A stretch of DNA of 63,513 bases, the filler included, from Octopus bimaculoides (Eukaryota): NCBI RefSeq assembly GCF_001194135.2. It is 7 parts of 6 records of this genome, joined end to end, with 100 filler letters (N's around TTAATTAATTAA, not from the genome) between each part and the next. Parts side by side here need not be neighbours in the genome. Positions count along the whole stretch, not along the records: positions 29,575 to 37,899 come from NC_068983.1; positions 38,000 to 51,318 come from NC_069004.1; 5 more parts are not named here. The stretch is one strand, 5' to 3'. Made by a program: the position numbers and the translations under genes. The notes under the pieces are model-generated. The model worked only from the letters and a program-made list of their open reading frames with translations, ran no database searches and was not told the origin of the DNA. Positions 35,232 to 49,678 of the stretch are shown in pieces; within the stretch, counting starts at the first letter, position 1; each line of letters begins with the position of its first letter.

Positions 35232-37235
35232 GCACACACACACACGCATACACACGCACGCACGAAGGCACAAAAACACACACACACGCGCATACACACT
35301 TACACACACACACACACAACATATGTAGACTTACTGAAGCACACACTACTGGCACCTTGGGTGGCTTTAGCAGAGTTTACTCTAATTGTAAGCATCCGGG
35401 TGAGGTCTCCCGTATAAGGAAAACTACTTTCCTCTCTCCCACTACTACGGTGGCCCCGTTAAAGGTTATTGGCACTAACTTTCTTCCTAGTGAAATATAT
35501 TTTTAATCTTTTTGTTAATTCAAGTGATTAGAGTCTTCCTCTATAAATTTCAAGCCACATGACTATTCCATAAATATCTATTTTGTTATTATTATTGGAG
35601 ATACCTCCGAAAGACGTGTCTCGACGTATGGCCGATTAATTTGTTATACTATTTATTTTCTAACGTACTCCAGATTTCTTGTGCTCATTGTATTGCATTT
35701 TGCACCGAAGTATAGAAGGAGAGTTTAATTTCTGCAAATCTTTCCTATTAAGTGGAATCAATTCTATATCTGTTTTTGCTTTTCAACAGAAGGAATTGGT
35801 GACGTGAGAGATTATTCCCCCAAGCAGTGGTATCGATAGCCATATATACAAATGTTTTCTGTAATGGTTAACAATTGCATAAATAGCAGCAATAATTTCA
35901 ATGTTAACTGCAACACTGACAACACTTACGCGAATTATAATGACAATATAATGACAATTGCAAAATCGATAATAGTAATGCAGTTAGACATCTGTGATAA
36001 TAACTGTAATAACATCAGAATCAACAGCAACAACAACAGTGGCGATGACAACTACAACAAAGACAGTGACAGTAGTGGCAGTTTTGATACCGGCCATAAA
36101 ATCAACATTATCATGACTGTAATAAAAAGTGTTGATCACGGAGACACAAATGCGTTTGCACGAACAGTACCTGTACGCATATATTTGGAGCTCAGACGAA
36201 TGTATAAAACTGAGGAAGAGCCATGTATTTGTAGGAAATAGTAAAAGATCATTGCATCCTCATAAAATAAGGTCTGAAAGCTCCTCTTAAAGAGATTTAG
36301 AGAACATTAAAATAATACACTCCACAAATAAAACACAAGAGGATATTCTTTTATATTAGTTAATGATACTTTTCATTTGGGAGAACGGATAAAGAAAGGA
36401 AAATTCCGTTGCAAAACACATGTCAGAAAAGTTCAGACAAGTGCCTCTTTCGAGAAATAAAATATTTGTGAGTTAGGTTAATGGATGCAACCACAAAGAC
36501 GTACTCTTACTAAATTTCTCTCTTCATGAAATATTTCAGGGAGCTGTTCATTGTCAGTATAATAATATTTAATAGTAAATGATATAGCAAATAATAGTTG
36601 TGACTTGAGCAAAGCTTATATTTTCAGATGAGGGTTGTAGAAAAATAATACAAGCCCAGAGACATTCTCCGTAAAAAAGCTTCTAGGGCGAAGAATTTAA
36701 AGTTATTTGTGAATGAAAGTAATCCCGTTTCATTTGTGGAACCGCAAGTTATTTAAAGGCTCTTTGTCGGTCAAAGCCAACATCACTGTTAGCAACAAAA
36801 AATAAACAACAACCCAAAGCTATTGACGCACAAGAGTACTGTCTTGAGTCCTAGGACACATAGAGACGGCTACCTAGTTTGGAAGATATACAAGTAACTG
36901 CGCCCACAGCATTCGCCCTGAACGGGACATCAATCCATCGTCAGGTTACTCATTTACAGCTAAGTATACTGGAGAAACATGAAATGCATATATAGGCATA
37001 GGACGTCACCAAACTAATTTGCGAGTATTACTGTTGTTTTTGCGAGTTGTATTTTAGTAGAGAAATAGTAGTTTTTGGCTGCTATTTCTAATTTTCGGTG
37101 TGTGGTGAAGCAATACTTGCTGAACCCTAAATTTTAAATTGTGTTTATACATTTACTGATAATGGTTTTAACACACCGAACTACTTGGTAAAATTACTAA
37201 TTATCAATTAATTATTAATTTTTACCCTATATCTG

Positions 37236-37276
<41 letters not shown>

Positions 37277-37868
37277 ACATATATATACACAAAACGACAA
37301 AAATGGAAAGCGGGACAAGTAGACACAGAGAAAGGATCTTTTATGAGTTATCGGCTAATATCTATTCCTCTTTTCTAGCATTCAACGACAATATGAATAT
37401 TAAAAAATTGTCACTTTTAATATCACTGCAAAAGTCATTTTCATCATCTTCAGCATTGCAAAAGCCTATATATGACAATAAACATATTTTCCTCTCGTTC
37501 TGGTCTAACGAGCTTCCCTGTTTGTTTTCGTTGGGTTTCCTTGTACGTCTTCATTCTCATGTTTTTGTTCCCGACTTTAGCGCTCCATAAATCTTAAATT
37601 ATATTTTAGAATTTATGGGAGCAATTGTCTTTGAAGACTCATATTATCAATGAATGTTCGACATGAGGAGTTGGTAGACAGCCGACAACTTATGAAGGGT
37701 CGTTTCTCTGTGTTTACTTGCCGTTTTCCATTTTTTCTCGTTGTTTACGTATTTTATGTCATTTTCACCGTTGGTGACGTCCTGTACCCACATATGCATG
37801 TATATATATATATATATAATATTATTTATTATTTAATTGAATGCGATGCATCCATTTCCAAGTAAGTT

Positions 37869-37899
<31 letters not shown>

Positions 37900-38172
37900 N
37901 NNNNNNNNNNNNNNNNNNNNNNNNNNNNNNNNNNNNNNNNNNNTTAATTAATTAANNNNNNNNNNNNNNNNNNNNNNNNNNNNNNNNNNNNNNNNNNNNT
38001 ATACCCAGCCCGTCAAACGCCCGAAAACTGGACGGAGAGAACCCAAAAGAGAATACACTGGAAGGGGCTCGAAAAAGAAGGGGTGTTACCTTAATTCACT
38101 GGTAGTGAACAGCTGACACTGTAGTACATCTCCAGCGTTAGAAGCTGTGCAAAGGCAATAATAATAATAATA

Positions 38173-38213
<41 letters not shown>

Positions 38214-38549
38214 TATTATTATTATTATAATCCTTTTTACTATGGGCACACGGCCTGGATTTTGTGGAGAGGGGGACAGTCGATCACATCGACCCCAGTA
38301 CTCAACTGGTACTTAATTTATCGACCCAGAAATGATGAAAGGCAAAATCAATTTCGGCGGAATTTGAACACAGAACGTAAGGACGGACGAAATACCGCTA
38401 CGTCTTTTGCCTGTCGTCGTAACGATTCTGTCTGTTCGCTATATTTCTAACAACAACAACCACAACAACAACAACAACAACGACGACGACAACAACAATA
38501 ATAATAATAATTATAATTATAATTATAATAATAAAAGATGATATAAAAG

Positions 38550-38990
38550 AGGGGCTACAGCAAATATGCTGCTCAATACCAGAGATTTGCTTGTCAGTTG
38601 TCTGGCCTTAACCAGTTGAACATGTCCCTTGGTGTGCATCTCTGATCGCAATCAGGAGTGGTGGGAGAGTATTGTAGCGATGTATTGAGAGGAATTCTTT
38701 GGGGTTTAAATATTTGAGCTTTGGAAACATGGGTGTTTCATTCAACATCCTTAAATAACCCTTATTCAAAGGCCTTTTGAGCGGGATGGGCTACTCGACC
38801 TGAAGAATATCCTAACTGGACCCCACGCAGTTTATCTTGATATGTGATCACCATGTCACGTACACATGATTGTGGTGCATGTGACTGGTGTACCCTTATC
38901 AGACGGGTAGTCATGATGGGTATAATGGGCTTCGTATATTTTACCCCAATGTCACTTTGATGGCATGCACTGCTCTCTCACTCAATAATA
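38550..38990 (+). mobile_element. SINE-like family E ending tgctctctcactc(AAT)n
   Basis: Reverse-orientation copies at 59390-59575 and 62445-62790, plus a stub at about 30015-30045. All abut AAT/TTA repeats. Confidence 0.7.
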
Positions 38991-38993
38991 ATG

Positions 38994-39058
<65 letters not shown>

Positions 39059-39256
39059 CTTTTCTAAAATAGGCACAAGGCCTGAAATTTTGGGGAAAGA
39101 ATGTGTGGTAAGGAGTTTGCTTCCCAACCACATGACTGTTTGGTACAGTGCGACTGTGCTGTACCTTGGGCAACTGTCTTATACCATAAACTGGACCGAC
39201 AAAGGCCTTGTGAGGTGATTTTGCAGACGGAAACTGAAACAAAAATGTCGTGTGTT

Positions 39257-39296
<40 letters not shown>

Positions 39297-39869
39297 TGTG
39301 TGTGTGTGTGTGCGTGTGTGCGTGCGTGCGTGTCTTTATGTTTGTATTTGTCTCGCCACCACTGATTGATAACCGGTCTTGGTTTGTTGATGTTCTCGTA
39401 ACTTAGCCGTTCGGTAACAAGAGACCGACAGAATAAGTACCAGGCTTTAAACAAACACTGTGGGTCGATTCGGTCGTCTTAATAACAAAACTCTTCAAGG
39501 CAGTGACCCAGCATGGCCGCAGTCAAATAACTTAAACAAGTAAAAGATAAAAAATAAAGAAGCACTGTGGATTGATATAAATTTCAATGGGTAATTATTC
39601 AATTTTAATGTTATAGTGAATTAAATTTCTTAATATTAATATTATAGTACCTTATTATTAGAGTACCTTAATCTGCTTGAATTGAAATTGAAAACAAACA
39701 TTTTGTTCTTTTGGTAAAAACTGATTAACATAGGATTTACTGTGTATTAAATCATGTTTTTCCCAAAAATAGTGGCCCACTTGCATGCATTCCATTCTCC
39801 CCGCTGCCTTCTTTTTCGTTTTCCTTGTATCAAGATTATGTTGCATATACATGCACCATCGGGGGAGAG

Positions 39870-40412
39870 TGTGTGTGCGTGTATGTGTGTGTGTGCGAGC
39901 GTATTAATTTAAGATGAACATAAACACGTTTAGTTGTGTGTGTGTATGTACATATATATATATATATATGTGTGTGTGCGTATGTATGTATGTATGTATG
40001 TATATATGTATGTGTGTGTGTGTATTAATTTGAGATGCACATAAACACGTTTAGTTGCGTGTCTGTGTGTATGCATATATATATATATNNNNNNNNNNNN
40101 NNNNNNNNNNNNNNNNNNNNNNNNNNNNNNNNNNNNNNNNNNNNNNNNNNNNNNNNNNNNNNNNNNNNNNNNNNNNNNNNNNNNNNNNNNNNNNNNNNNN
40201 NNNNNNNNNNNNNNNNNNNNNNNNNNNNNNNNNNNNNNNNNNNNNNNNNNNNNNNNNNNNNNNNNNNNNNNNNNNNNNNNNNNNNNNNNNNNNNNNNNNN
40301 NNNNNNNNNNNNNNNNNNNNNNNNNNNNNNNNNNNNNNNNNNNNNNNNNNNNNNNNNNNNNNNNNNNNNNNNNNNNNNNNNNNNNNNNNNNNNNNNNNNN
40401 NNNNNNNNNNNN

Positions 40413-40444
<32 letters not shown>

Positions 40445-40477
40445 TATACACACACATATATGTGTGTATGTGTATCC

Positions 40478-40528
<51 letters not shown>

Positions 40529-40545
40529 CGTACATAAATACGTAT

Positions 40546-40615
<70 letters not shown>

Positions 40616-41530
40616 GCACATAGAAACATGCATAGATATAGATACATGCATATACGCATACATACATATATATATAAATATGCATACATATTCACTCACA
40701 CAAATATACACACGTATTGATATAGCTATAGCCATATATATAAATATAATAATCATATGAATGGAATTTCCCAAGCTGTGTGCATACGTGCGTATATCTA
40801 TGCATGTATGTCTATGCACTTATGTAAATATGTGTGTGTGTACAAATATTATATATTTGTATACATATGTACACACACACATACACACACATATACACAT
40901 AGATATGGATATCTATGTGCATATGTATACATATAGACAAATTCATATCAAGGCGTACATACATAAACAGACGCATTCGCATGATCATATACTTGTCTAT
41001 AAGCGCACAAATATATATATACGGAACGAAGACACACAGACACACGCACTGCCGCACATATTCTCTTCCCACCTCTTTCTCTCTTTCTCTCTCTCTCTCT
41101 CTCCCTCTCTATCTCTTTCTCTCTCTCTCTTACACACACAAACACACACACAAGCACACAGGCAAAAACACAGCGCGTACGCGTACGAAAGTTCGTGCAA
41201 TCGGCAAATTAATGTGAGGAATTGGACAGAGAGACACCGTTTTCCTTTCAAAGACCCCCATCACTACATTACAAACAGTCACACACAGGCACGCATGCAC
41301 AAACACGCACACACACACACACACACACATACACGCACACACACGTGCGCACATATACACACACATACACGCACGAACGTGCACATGTACATACACCCCC
41401 CCCCATATCCCTCTCCTTTTCCTCCCCCTCCTCCTCCTCATCATCATCCCCACAACCAACACCATCACCACCATCATCATCATCGCCATCATTATCATCA
41501 TCATCATCATCGTCATCATCGTCGTCATCA
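39870..41530. repeat. Compound microsatellite field (TA, CA, TG, CT, CAT)
   Basis: Directly visible; the source of many spurious low-complexity ORFs. Similar tracts occur throughout the window. Confidence 0.9.
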
Positions 41531-41993
41531 TAATTCCTGTAACAGGTTGTAGCCGTTGTGCTAGACCACAGGAACCCTTGTTAGACTGTTCTGTAAATAC
41601 AGTTCTTATGAATGGCATTCTCAGGAAATTCGGTGCAATTTTGTTTTTTTTTTAAGTAAATAAACCATTTCTCTCTGATGCCGACACCTAATGACTCTTG
41701 CCCCTCCACCGCTTGCTTCCCCACCATCCAACCACCCCTCTCGTGCCCCACCACATTCCACCTTACCTTCTGCGAAGCCCTCAAATACCCTTCCATACAC
41801 AAATAAACAACTCAGTGAATAAACAATGAACCCTACTGAGGACCTAACATAAATATATATATTTAGGTATATCTATAATTTATATATATATATATATATA
41901 TATACATAAGTGTGGGTGTGTGTGTGTGTGTGTGAGATTCTGTATGTGTGTGTGTGTGTCTATAGAGGTATATATGCATTTGTGCACACATTC

Positions 41994-42035
<42 letters not shown>

Positions 42036-42242
42036 ATGAGCAAATTAGCTAGTTAAAAAATCTCTGTAAGAGATAAAAGCAGTAACTATACGGAAAAGTA
42101 ATGTTTACCTCCGCTTAAACATGGCTGTTCCGAAGGAACCGGCGTTACTGCTATTTTTAACCCCAGGAGGACACCTCCTCAGCTGGTTATTTAATGCAAT
42201 CTGCACCCAATATATACTGCGAACAGGGGAATGAATCGCTGC

Positions 42243-42514
42243 CATCTTCCAAGCACGAGACCACCAGACCGTACGGTTTCGACCTCTTTGTGGTCATCCT
42301 CGGTGTCGGATACGTGTCCGCTAAGGATAGCAGTGATTCGCTCCAGCTCACAATATACAGAAATCAAGTGACACACGGTCACTGATCTTGCAACCAGCAA
42401 ATTAGCTTGTTGGAAGATTTGTATATTGAAAGCAGGGGAGTGAACACCTAACACCGAGGATGACCACAAAGAGGTCGAAATTGTACGGTCTGGTGGTCTC
42501 GTGGCTGGAAGATG
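42243..42514. repeat. Inverted repeat: about 64-bp GC-rich arms, 144-bp spacer
   Basis: catcttccaagcacgagaccaccagaccgtac...tcctcggtgt vs acaccgagga...gtacggtctggtggtctcgtggctggaagatg. Confidence 0.88.
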
Positions 42515-42699
42515 TTTTTCATACTTTCGTAGTCGATAAATACATTACCAACCGCAGATGCATACATTTATAGCATTCTGCATACATTTAAACTTACATT
42601 TATATATGAGATGAATAAGGAAATGTGTAAATGTATAGTATTGAAAAGAAATCTTGTTCCTTTAAATTGAGATTTGATTTTTGGAAAAAGGAAAAAGTC

Positions 42700-42905
42700 A
42701 CAATGAGCAAGATCTAAGGAATACGGCGGTTGTCGCATTCGTGCTATGCTGTGCTAGGACCAAATCTATAGCAACTAAAAGCATTTTTGGCATTGACCCG
42801 CAGAGAGTTTCTCCGGTGCATGAAAGAATAGCATGATGAGTCCTTCAAGCTGTGCAAACCGGAAAGAAAACTAGGGGTAGTCCAAAAATGAGGTGGTTGG
42901 ATAAG
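42700..42905 (+). mobile_element. RTE-like LINE 3' fragment
   Basis: Degenerate VLQAVQTGKxxxGxPKMRWLD-like segment. Confidence 0.4.
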
Positions 42906-43140
42906 TTGCAACTTAACGTAGATTTTGAGCTAAAATACCGAATACTGCGTTATTTATCTAGTCCGCTAGAAAATCTCTGTTCGAGATAGAAGCAATATAC
43001 GAACCAAAAGGTAGTGTTTATCGCCACTTTAACGTGGGTATTTTCTAAGAAACGACGATACTGTTATTTGAACCCTAGGAAAATGTCTCCTCCAGTTGGT
43101 TATTTAGTGCGCTTTTGCACTCGATGATCATGGCAAGCGA

Positions 43141-43657
43141 AATCCCAGACATCGATGTTTCGAGTTTTTTGACTCTTGTAAATCGGATGTACTTAAGAGA
43201 GGCAACTCTGAACAAACTTATAAAGCGATGGCTTTAAGTAAAATTCAGTCGACAACGTTAACTGATTTGCGCTGGTAGATCGCCCGATCGAGGAAAATAA
43301 CGAAATGTTACCGCCATTCCTGGCAGATGGCGACACAGAACAACCGATTGTTTTCATACCTTTTTACCATTAGAGAGGTATTTTCTCCTCAGTAACTACT
43401 GGGAATTTGCCTTTTAGCAGTTGAAATATGTCACAAACATGTTCTAACTAACCTAAATTTTGCTCATACCGAAACACTGCTTGACGCTAACATTTCGTTA
43501 TTTGCCTCGAGCGAACAACCTAGCGGCGCAAATCAGTCAACGCTGTTGACTGAATTTTACTTAAAGCCATCGCTTTATAAGTTTGTTCAGAGTTGCGTCT
43601 CTTAGGTACATTTGATTGACAAGAGACGAAAAACTCGAATCATGGATATGCGGGATT
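43141..43657. repeat. Inverted repeat: about 170-bp diverged arms, about 177-bp spacer
   Basis: aactctgaacaaacttataaagcgatggctttaagtaaaattcagtc vs gactgaattttacttaaagccatcgctttataagtttgttcagagtt. Confidence 0.88.
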
Positions 43658-44064
43658 CCTGATAGATGATGACACTAACCAAACCGGGTGTTTTCACCTT
43701 TTTGTCATAAGAGAGATATTTTCTCTCTTATTTTCACATGTATGTGTGTGCGTGCGCGCGCGTTTATTTACATAAACATATTATTATGTATATATATGTA
43801 TACGTATATATATGTATATGTATATATTTATACATATATACCAAATCCACTCACACGGCTTTAGTCTGCCCGAGGCTATATAGTAGAAGACAATTGCCCA
43901 AGGTGCCATGCAGTGGGACTGAACCCAGAACCATGTGGTTGAGAAGCAAGCTTCTTACCACACACCCATTCCTGCGCCTGCGTAAACATATTACGTATAT
44001 ATATATATATACATACATACATACATACATACATGCATACATACATACATACATACATACACAC

Positions 44065-44931
44065 ACTAAAATTCCGAGTTGAATTCAATGAAGAGCGATT
44101 AAACCATCTTTTGCACAAAAATTCTCGTCAAACGACAAGGTAACTGTCAGAGAAAATGGAATACTCCCACACTGCTATAGAGAAGCATCTTCACTGGATG
44201 GGAAAAGTTCAGAAGTATGGAGCATGGGTTCCGCATTCGTTAAGTGACAACAACAAAAATCAACGAACCACACTCTCCGCTGGTTTGCTTGCTCGTTACT
44301 GCTCAACTCATGGACACAAGCAACGATTTCTTTACCGAATCGTTACTGCAGTATAAGGAATGGCTTAGCCGCGGTAAACAAGCGACACCGCGCGTGAAAC
44401 AAGATCTTCATCCGCGTAAAACGATGTGCGTGTGGTGGGACTGGGAAGGGATTATCCATTACGAATTGCTTCAAAGGAACCAAACGCTCAACAGATGGAA
44501 CGACTCAACACGGCTATTCAAGAGAAAAGACCTAATTGGCAGCATGGAGTTCTTCTGCTGCACGACAACGCCCACCATTATATCGCCAATATGACCAAGG
44601 AAGCCATTCAAACGCATGGGTGGGAAGTGCTGCCACACCCGCCGTACTCTCCTGATTTGGCACCAACGAATTTCCACCTCTTTCGATCTCTTTCAAATGC
44701 TATGCGCGGAGTTTCGTTCAATACTGATACAGAATTGAGAGCTTGGTTGGATCAATTTTTCGAGTCAAAATCGGGTGATTTGTAACGCGGTATTGAAAAT
44801 CTTCTTGAACGTTGGGAAGAAGTTGTAAACAACAAGGGTGAATACATTGTTGATAAAGTAGCTGTTATTTTTTTTTTATTAAACTTTTCAAAAAATTTAA
44901 ATTTAAAAACTTAGTTGCCAACCCAATATAT
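44065..44931 (+). mobile_element. Mariner transposon relic (5'-truncated, right TIR present)
   Basis: WVPHSL, WWDWEG, HDNA and PHPPYSPDLAPTNFHLFRSL. The first catalytic DEKW is deleted and the third Asp is replaced by Asn. Ends aacttagttgccaacccaata-TA. Confidence 0.92.
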
Positions 44932-45492
44932 ATATAATTATAAATTTAGTATATAGAATTACATACAAGGTTTTTAATTCACGCTGACCACTTGGTAAAA
45001 TCATTAAAGTGATTTTATCCTTAATTCTATATAAAGGATAGAAATAGAAATATATATTTTTGCTCCTGATCAAATGGCATTCGCTGCGAGGCAATTTTGA
45101 TAAAACAAAAATGCATGGGGTTGAGATGAGAAGATAAAATTGATATTTTGTTCTAGTATATACGTACAAATATATGTAAATAGTCGTGGGGTTATGCTGT
45201 GTACCCAAGTATTTGTATGTATATGCTTTGACATAATGTACTGAGGGTAGCAAGATGTCTTCATAACATTTAGCTTGAAATCGTTTGATATACAACTGAT
45301 CTAAAGGTCTTATTTAATTTTTCATCTGCACGATAACAACCTGTGCTAGTGGAGTAGTGAGATGGGTTTTTAGAGCCATTTGGCATCTATTTCTAGCGTG
45401 TAGGTGTGACTAATCCGCAACTTTTAATATAATTATTTATATAGTTGTGTGGGGGGGGGCGCGTGTGTGTACGTGTGTAATACACACACCAG

Positions 45493-45696
45493 TGGGTGCT
45501 GAAAAGGTCCTGGCTTTAAGGGTATCGCGAAAGGCCTGGTTGAGGCCCAACCTTCCGAGTTCTTTTGAAGGGATTAGAAAAACGAAGGTGTTGCTACAAG
45601 TTTGTGAATCTCAGAGGGGACTATGTTAGATAAAATCATGATCAACTGATCCTCCTGTATTTTCTTGTACCCAAAGCTAGGAACTTTTCAGCACCC
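45493..45696. mobile_element. Mariner-derived MITE
   Basis: gggtgctgaaaaggtcctggcttt ... aaagctaggaacttttcagcaccc TIRs. Confidence 0.75.
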
Positions 45697-45749
45697 TCTC
45701 TCTCTCTCCCTCACACACACAAACACACACACACACACACACATATATA

Positions 45750-46172
45750 CAGGGTGTCCCAAAAGTCACTGATGGGTTTCAATTTTTAATAACTTCCTAA
45801 ACTTCACAAATAAATGCATGAAATTTTAATACAATATAAAAGGACATTATGGAAATTAATTATTTAACCTTTTCCCTCTCTTTTCAGCTTTTCTGTGCTT
45901 TCATATAAATGGGTTCATCAACAAACAAAATTCGCGTTTTGGGGGCTCGTTGGTGTACTGCTCCCGGGTTCTCAGAGCCCCCAAAACAGGAATTTTGTTT
46001 GTTGATGAATTCATTCAAATGAAAGCACATAAGATCCGAAAAGAGAGGAAAAAGGCTAAAAAATTAATTTCCATAATGTCCTTTATATTGTTTCAAAATT
46101 TCATGCATTTATTTGTAAAGTTTAGGAAGTTATCAAAAATTGAAACCCATCAGTGAATTTTGGGACACCCTG
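45750..46172. mobile_element. Fold-back Tc1/mariner-type MITE (about 200-bp arms)
   Basis: TA-CAGGGTGTCCCAAAA ... TTTTGGGACACCCTG termini. The whole body is an imperfect palindrome with a loop of about 25 bp. Confidence 0.85.
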
Positions 46173-46412
46173 CATATCTATATATTTATATATATGACTT
46201 AAGAGAAAGAAAATGGAAATTGCATGTCTCCTTCTTCACGACTTGTAAGTTCCAGTTTCTTTCTCTCATGTCTTTATAAACGTTATATGTGAACAGAGGA
46301 GTTTCTGAAGTAGACTGTTGCTGGCATCAGGTAACCGAATGTTATAAACAGGCTTTAAACAGCATACTATAAGGAGTATACCCAAATATAAAATTAATAC
46401 CTATATTTATAA

Positions 46413-46454
<42 letters not shown>

Positions 46455-47849
46455 ACACACGTGTGTGTGTGTTTGTATTTCTTGGATTATGTTTCTCTTT
46501 CTATTTTATTTGACTATGTCTCTTTCCTGTCATCGCCATTCACATATGTTATCTTAACTATAGTATAATATATCCTAATTCTTTAGGATGGATAGTGGAA
46601 TAGTTTGATAGAACATGAATCGATGTATCTGCGCGCGCGCGTGTGTGTGTATATACGCAAAGAATGTTATTGGCTGATTTGGTCACATAAACAAAATAAA
46701 CTTCCGCTTTTTATGAAATAACGACGTATGCTAACTAGGGTCTGTGTGTGAGAGCGTATTTGTACGTGAACATATTTGTATGACTGTGTCTAAGAATATC
46801 CACATAAAGCGTATGTGTGTGTATATTGGTGCTGCTATCAATGCTCTTAAAATAACATTTCTGTCCATCTAAACCAGAAACTCCAATAGTTGCGGCCATT
46901 TTGCTATGCACCTATGTACATTTACTGAAACATATACATTGTCTTTAACCAGACCTCCTATCTCAATCTTTAATCCCAATTTATTTTGCTTCTCTCCATA
47001 TTTTCCATTTAATTTCCTTGTTTTTTTATATATTTATTTACTTATGTCATTCTCTTTTTTCCCGCCAAATCTATGGGAAGCAAATCTTTTATCTTTATAC
47101 CTCTTACTTGTCTCAGTCGTTAGACTGGGGCCATGCTGGGGCACTACCTTGAAGAATTTTTAGTCGAATGGATCGACTATAGTATTTTTATTTTAAGCAT
47201 CATACTTATTCTAACGATCTTTTTTGCTGAACCGCTACATTTTATGACATTTACTATATTTTATAGTATTCTTTTCCTCAATTCCTATTTTTCTACTTTC
47301 TTAACTTCCTTAGTGCGCCCCATATATAGTAATTCTAGGATTTGTAAAGTGTGAAATTTATGGTCTATATTTATTGTCTGTGACTATATAATGAAACAAT
47401 TTGTTATTGATAGCAGAGTCTTGTGTTTTAACTTGCCATGGGAAATTCTGAAGTATTGTCTGTTTATTATGTTACAGCACGATTGTATTTATGTGTGTGT
47501 GTGTGTGCTGCGTGTGTGTGTTTGTGTGTGTGTGTTTTTGTGTGTAAATGTGGGTGTTTGCATGCATGCATGCATGTGGGTGGGTAAGATTATATACATT
47601 TAAACAGATATATATATAAATGTGTGTGTACCTATTTATATATGTCTGACGGCAGGTGTAGTGTTAGCTATATAATTAACACAAATTACGAAACAGCTGC
47701 CAAGTAATAGAATAAACCTCTATTTTTTCACTTCATTTTTTATCCATTCAATTTGGAATTTACATACATATATATATATATATACACATATAAATGTATG
47801 TGTGTATATGTGTGTGTGAGCGTGCGCGCGCGTGTGTGACGTGATACTC

Positions 47850-48254
47850 CCTTTACTCTTTTACTTGTTTTAGTCATTTGACTGCGGCCATGCTGGACCA
47901 CCACCTTTAGTCGAGCAAATCGACTCCAGGACTTATTCTTTGTAAGCCTAGTACTTATTCTATCGGTCTCTTTTGCTGAACCGCTAAGTTACGGGGACGT
48001 AAGCACACCAGCATCGGTTGTCAAGCGATGTTGGGGGGACAAACGCACACACAAACTTATACACACACATACATATATATATACATATATACGACAGGCT
48101 TCTTTCAGTTTCCGTCTGCCAAATCCACTCACAAGGCTTTGGTCGGCCGAAGGCTTTAGTAGAAGACACTTACCCAAGGTGCCACGCAGTGGGACTGAAC
48201 CTGGAACCATGTGGTTCATAAGCAAGCTACTTACCACAAAGCCACTCCTACGCC
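47850..48254 (-). mobile_element. SINE family C, young copy with CpGs intact
   Basis: Near-identical to 6956-7368. Confidence 0.85.
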
Positions 48255-49602
48255 NNNNNNNNNNNNNNNNNNNNNNNNNNNNNNNNNNNNNNNNNNNNNN
48301 NNNNNNNNNNNNNNNNNNNNNNNNNNNNNNNNNNNNNNNNNNNNNNNNNNNNNNNNNNNNNNNNNNNNNNNNNNNNNNNNNNNNNNNNNNNNNNNNNNNN
48401 NNNNNNNNNNNNNNNNNNNNNNNNNNNNNNNNNNNNNNNNNNNNNNNNNNNNNNNNNNNNNNNNNNNNNNNNNNNNNNNNNNNNNNNNNNNNNNNNNNNN
48501 NNNNNNNNNNNNNNNNNNNNNNNNNNNNNNNNNNNNNNNNNNNNNNNNNNNNNNNNNNNNNNNNNNNNNNNNNNNNNNNNNNNNNNNNNNNNNNNNNNNN
48601 NNNNNNNNNNNNNNNNNNNNNNNNNNNNNNNNNNNNNNNNNNNNNNNNNNNNNNNNNNNNNNNNNNNNNNNNNNNNNNNNNNNNNNNNNNNNNNNNNNNN
48701 NNNNNNNNNNNNNNNNNNNNNNNNNNNNNNNNNNNNNNNNNNNNNNNNNNNNNNNNNNNNNNNNNNNNNTATATATATATATATATACATATGCATATAC
48801 ATACGCATATGCATATACATATGCATATATCCGTGTATATATATATTTGTTGGATTACTCAATTAATTCTCGTTAAACAATTTCTAGTCATTAACGTCGA
48901 TATCATTTTGACTAATGCAAGGCATTGTTGCAAATTCTGCAGACAAAACTACACTGCAAAACATCAACAATAACAAGGCTTTAAATGTAGCTATTTTACA
49001 AAATGTCTACTTCGACATTATTTCGGCGACGTTTAAACCAAAAAGAATATATATCTTTGTTCTGTTTATAACAATCAGGAAACTTTTCAAATCACAAAAT
49101 CTCCTAATTAACTCTAATTGCTGAATCATTTCACTAATTTTTCTGGTTTTTATTGTTGCTGCTGTTGCTGCCGTAGCCGTTGTTGTTGTTGTATGTTGTA
49201 TGTTGTATGTTACCGGCCTTCTTTCTTTTCTTTTTTTGTCTTCTTCTCCATTAAATTCTATGTACTTCCAATGTCAAGATTTAGTGAGAAACAAACTACC
49301 TCTCTTGTCATATTGCCAACGTTTTGTATGCAATGGAATTATATTAGTCAGAACTTCCCTTTAAGGGTACACGTGTTACAAAGTGTACACGGATGAATAT
49401 ATATATATATATGTAGTGAGTGTGTTTATGTGGGTATGCACGTGTATGTATGTATGTATGTATGTATGTATGCATGTATATACGTGTACACTTTATACCA
49501 CATGGAACCTGAACTGGAGTGCATGTGTGTATGTGTATCTGTGGATGGGGTTTGATTTTATGCGTGCTTGTATATACATACATACATACATATATACATA
49601 CA

Positions 49603-49678
<76 letters not shown>

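Noticed and set aside
35852-36241. 129-aa Asn/Asp-rich ORF
   Set aside because: Degenerate AAT/AAC/GAC repeat tract with a non-ATG start and no recognisable homology.
36208-36250. CTGAGGA...GAAA hammerhead-like string
   Set aside because: Stem II does not pair; too degenerate to support.
40761-41618. His/Pro/Ser-rich ORFs on both strands
   Set aside because: Translations of CA, CT and CAT repeats, with no domain or splice support.
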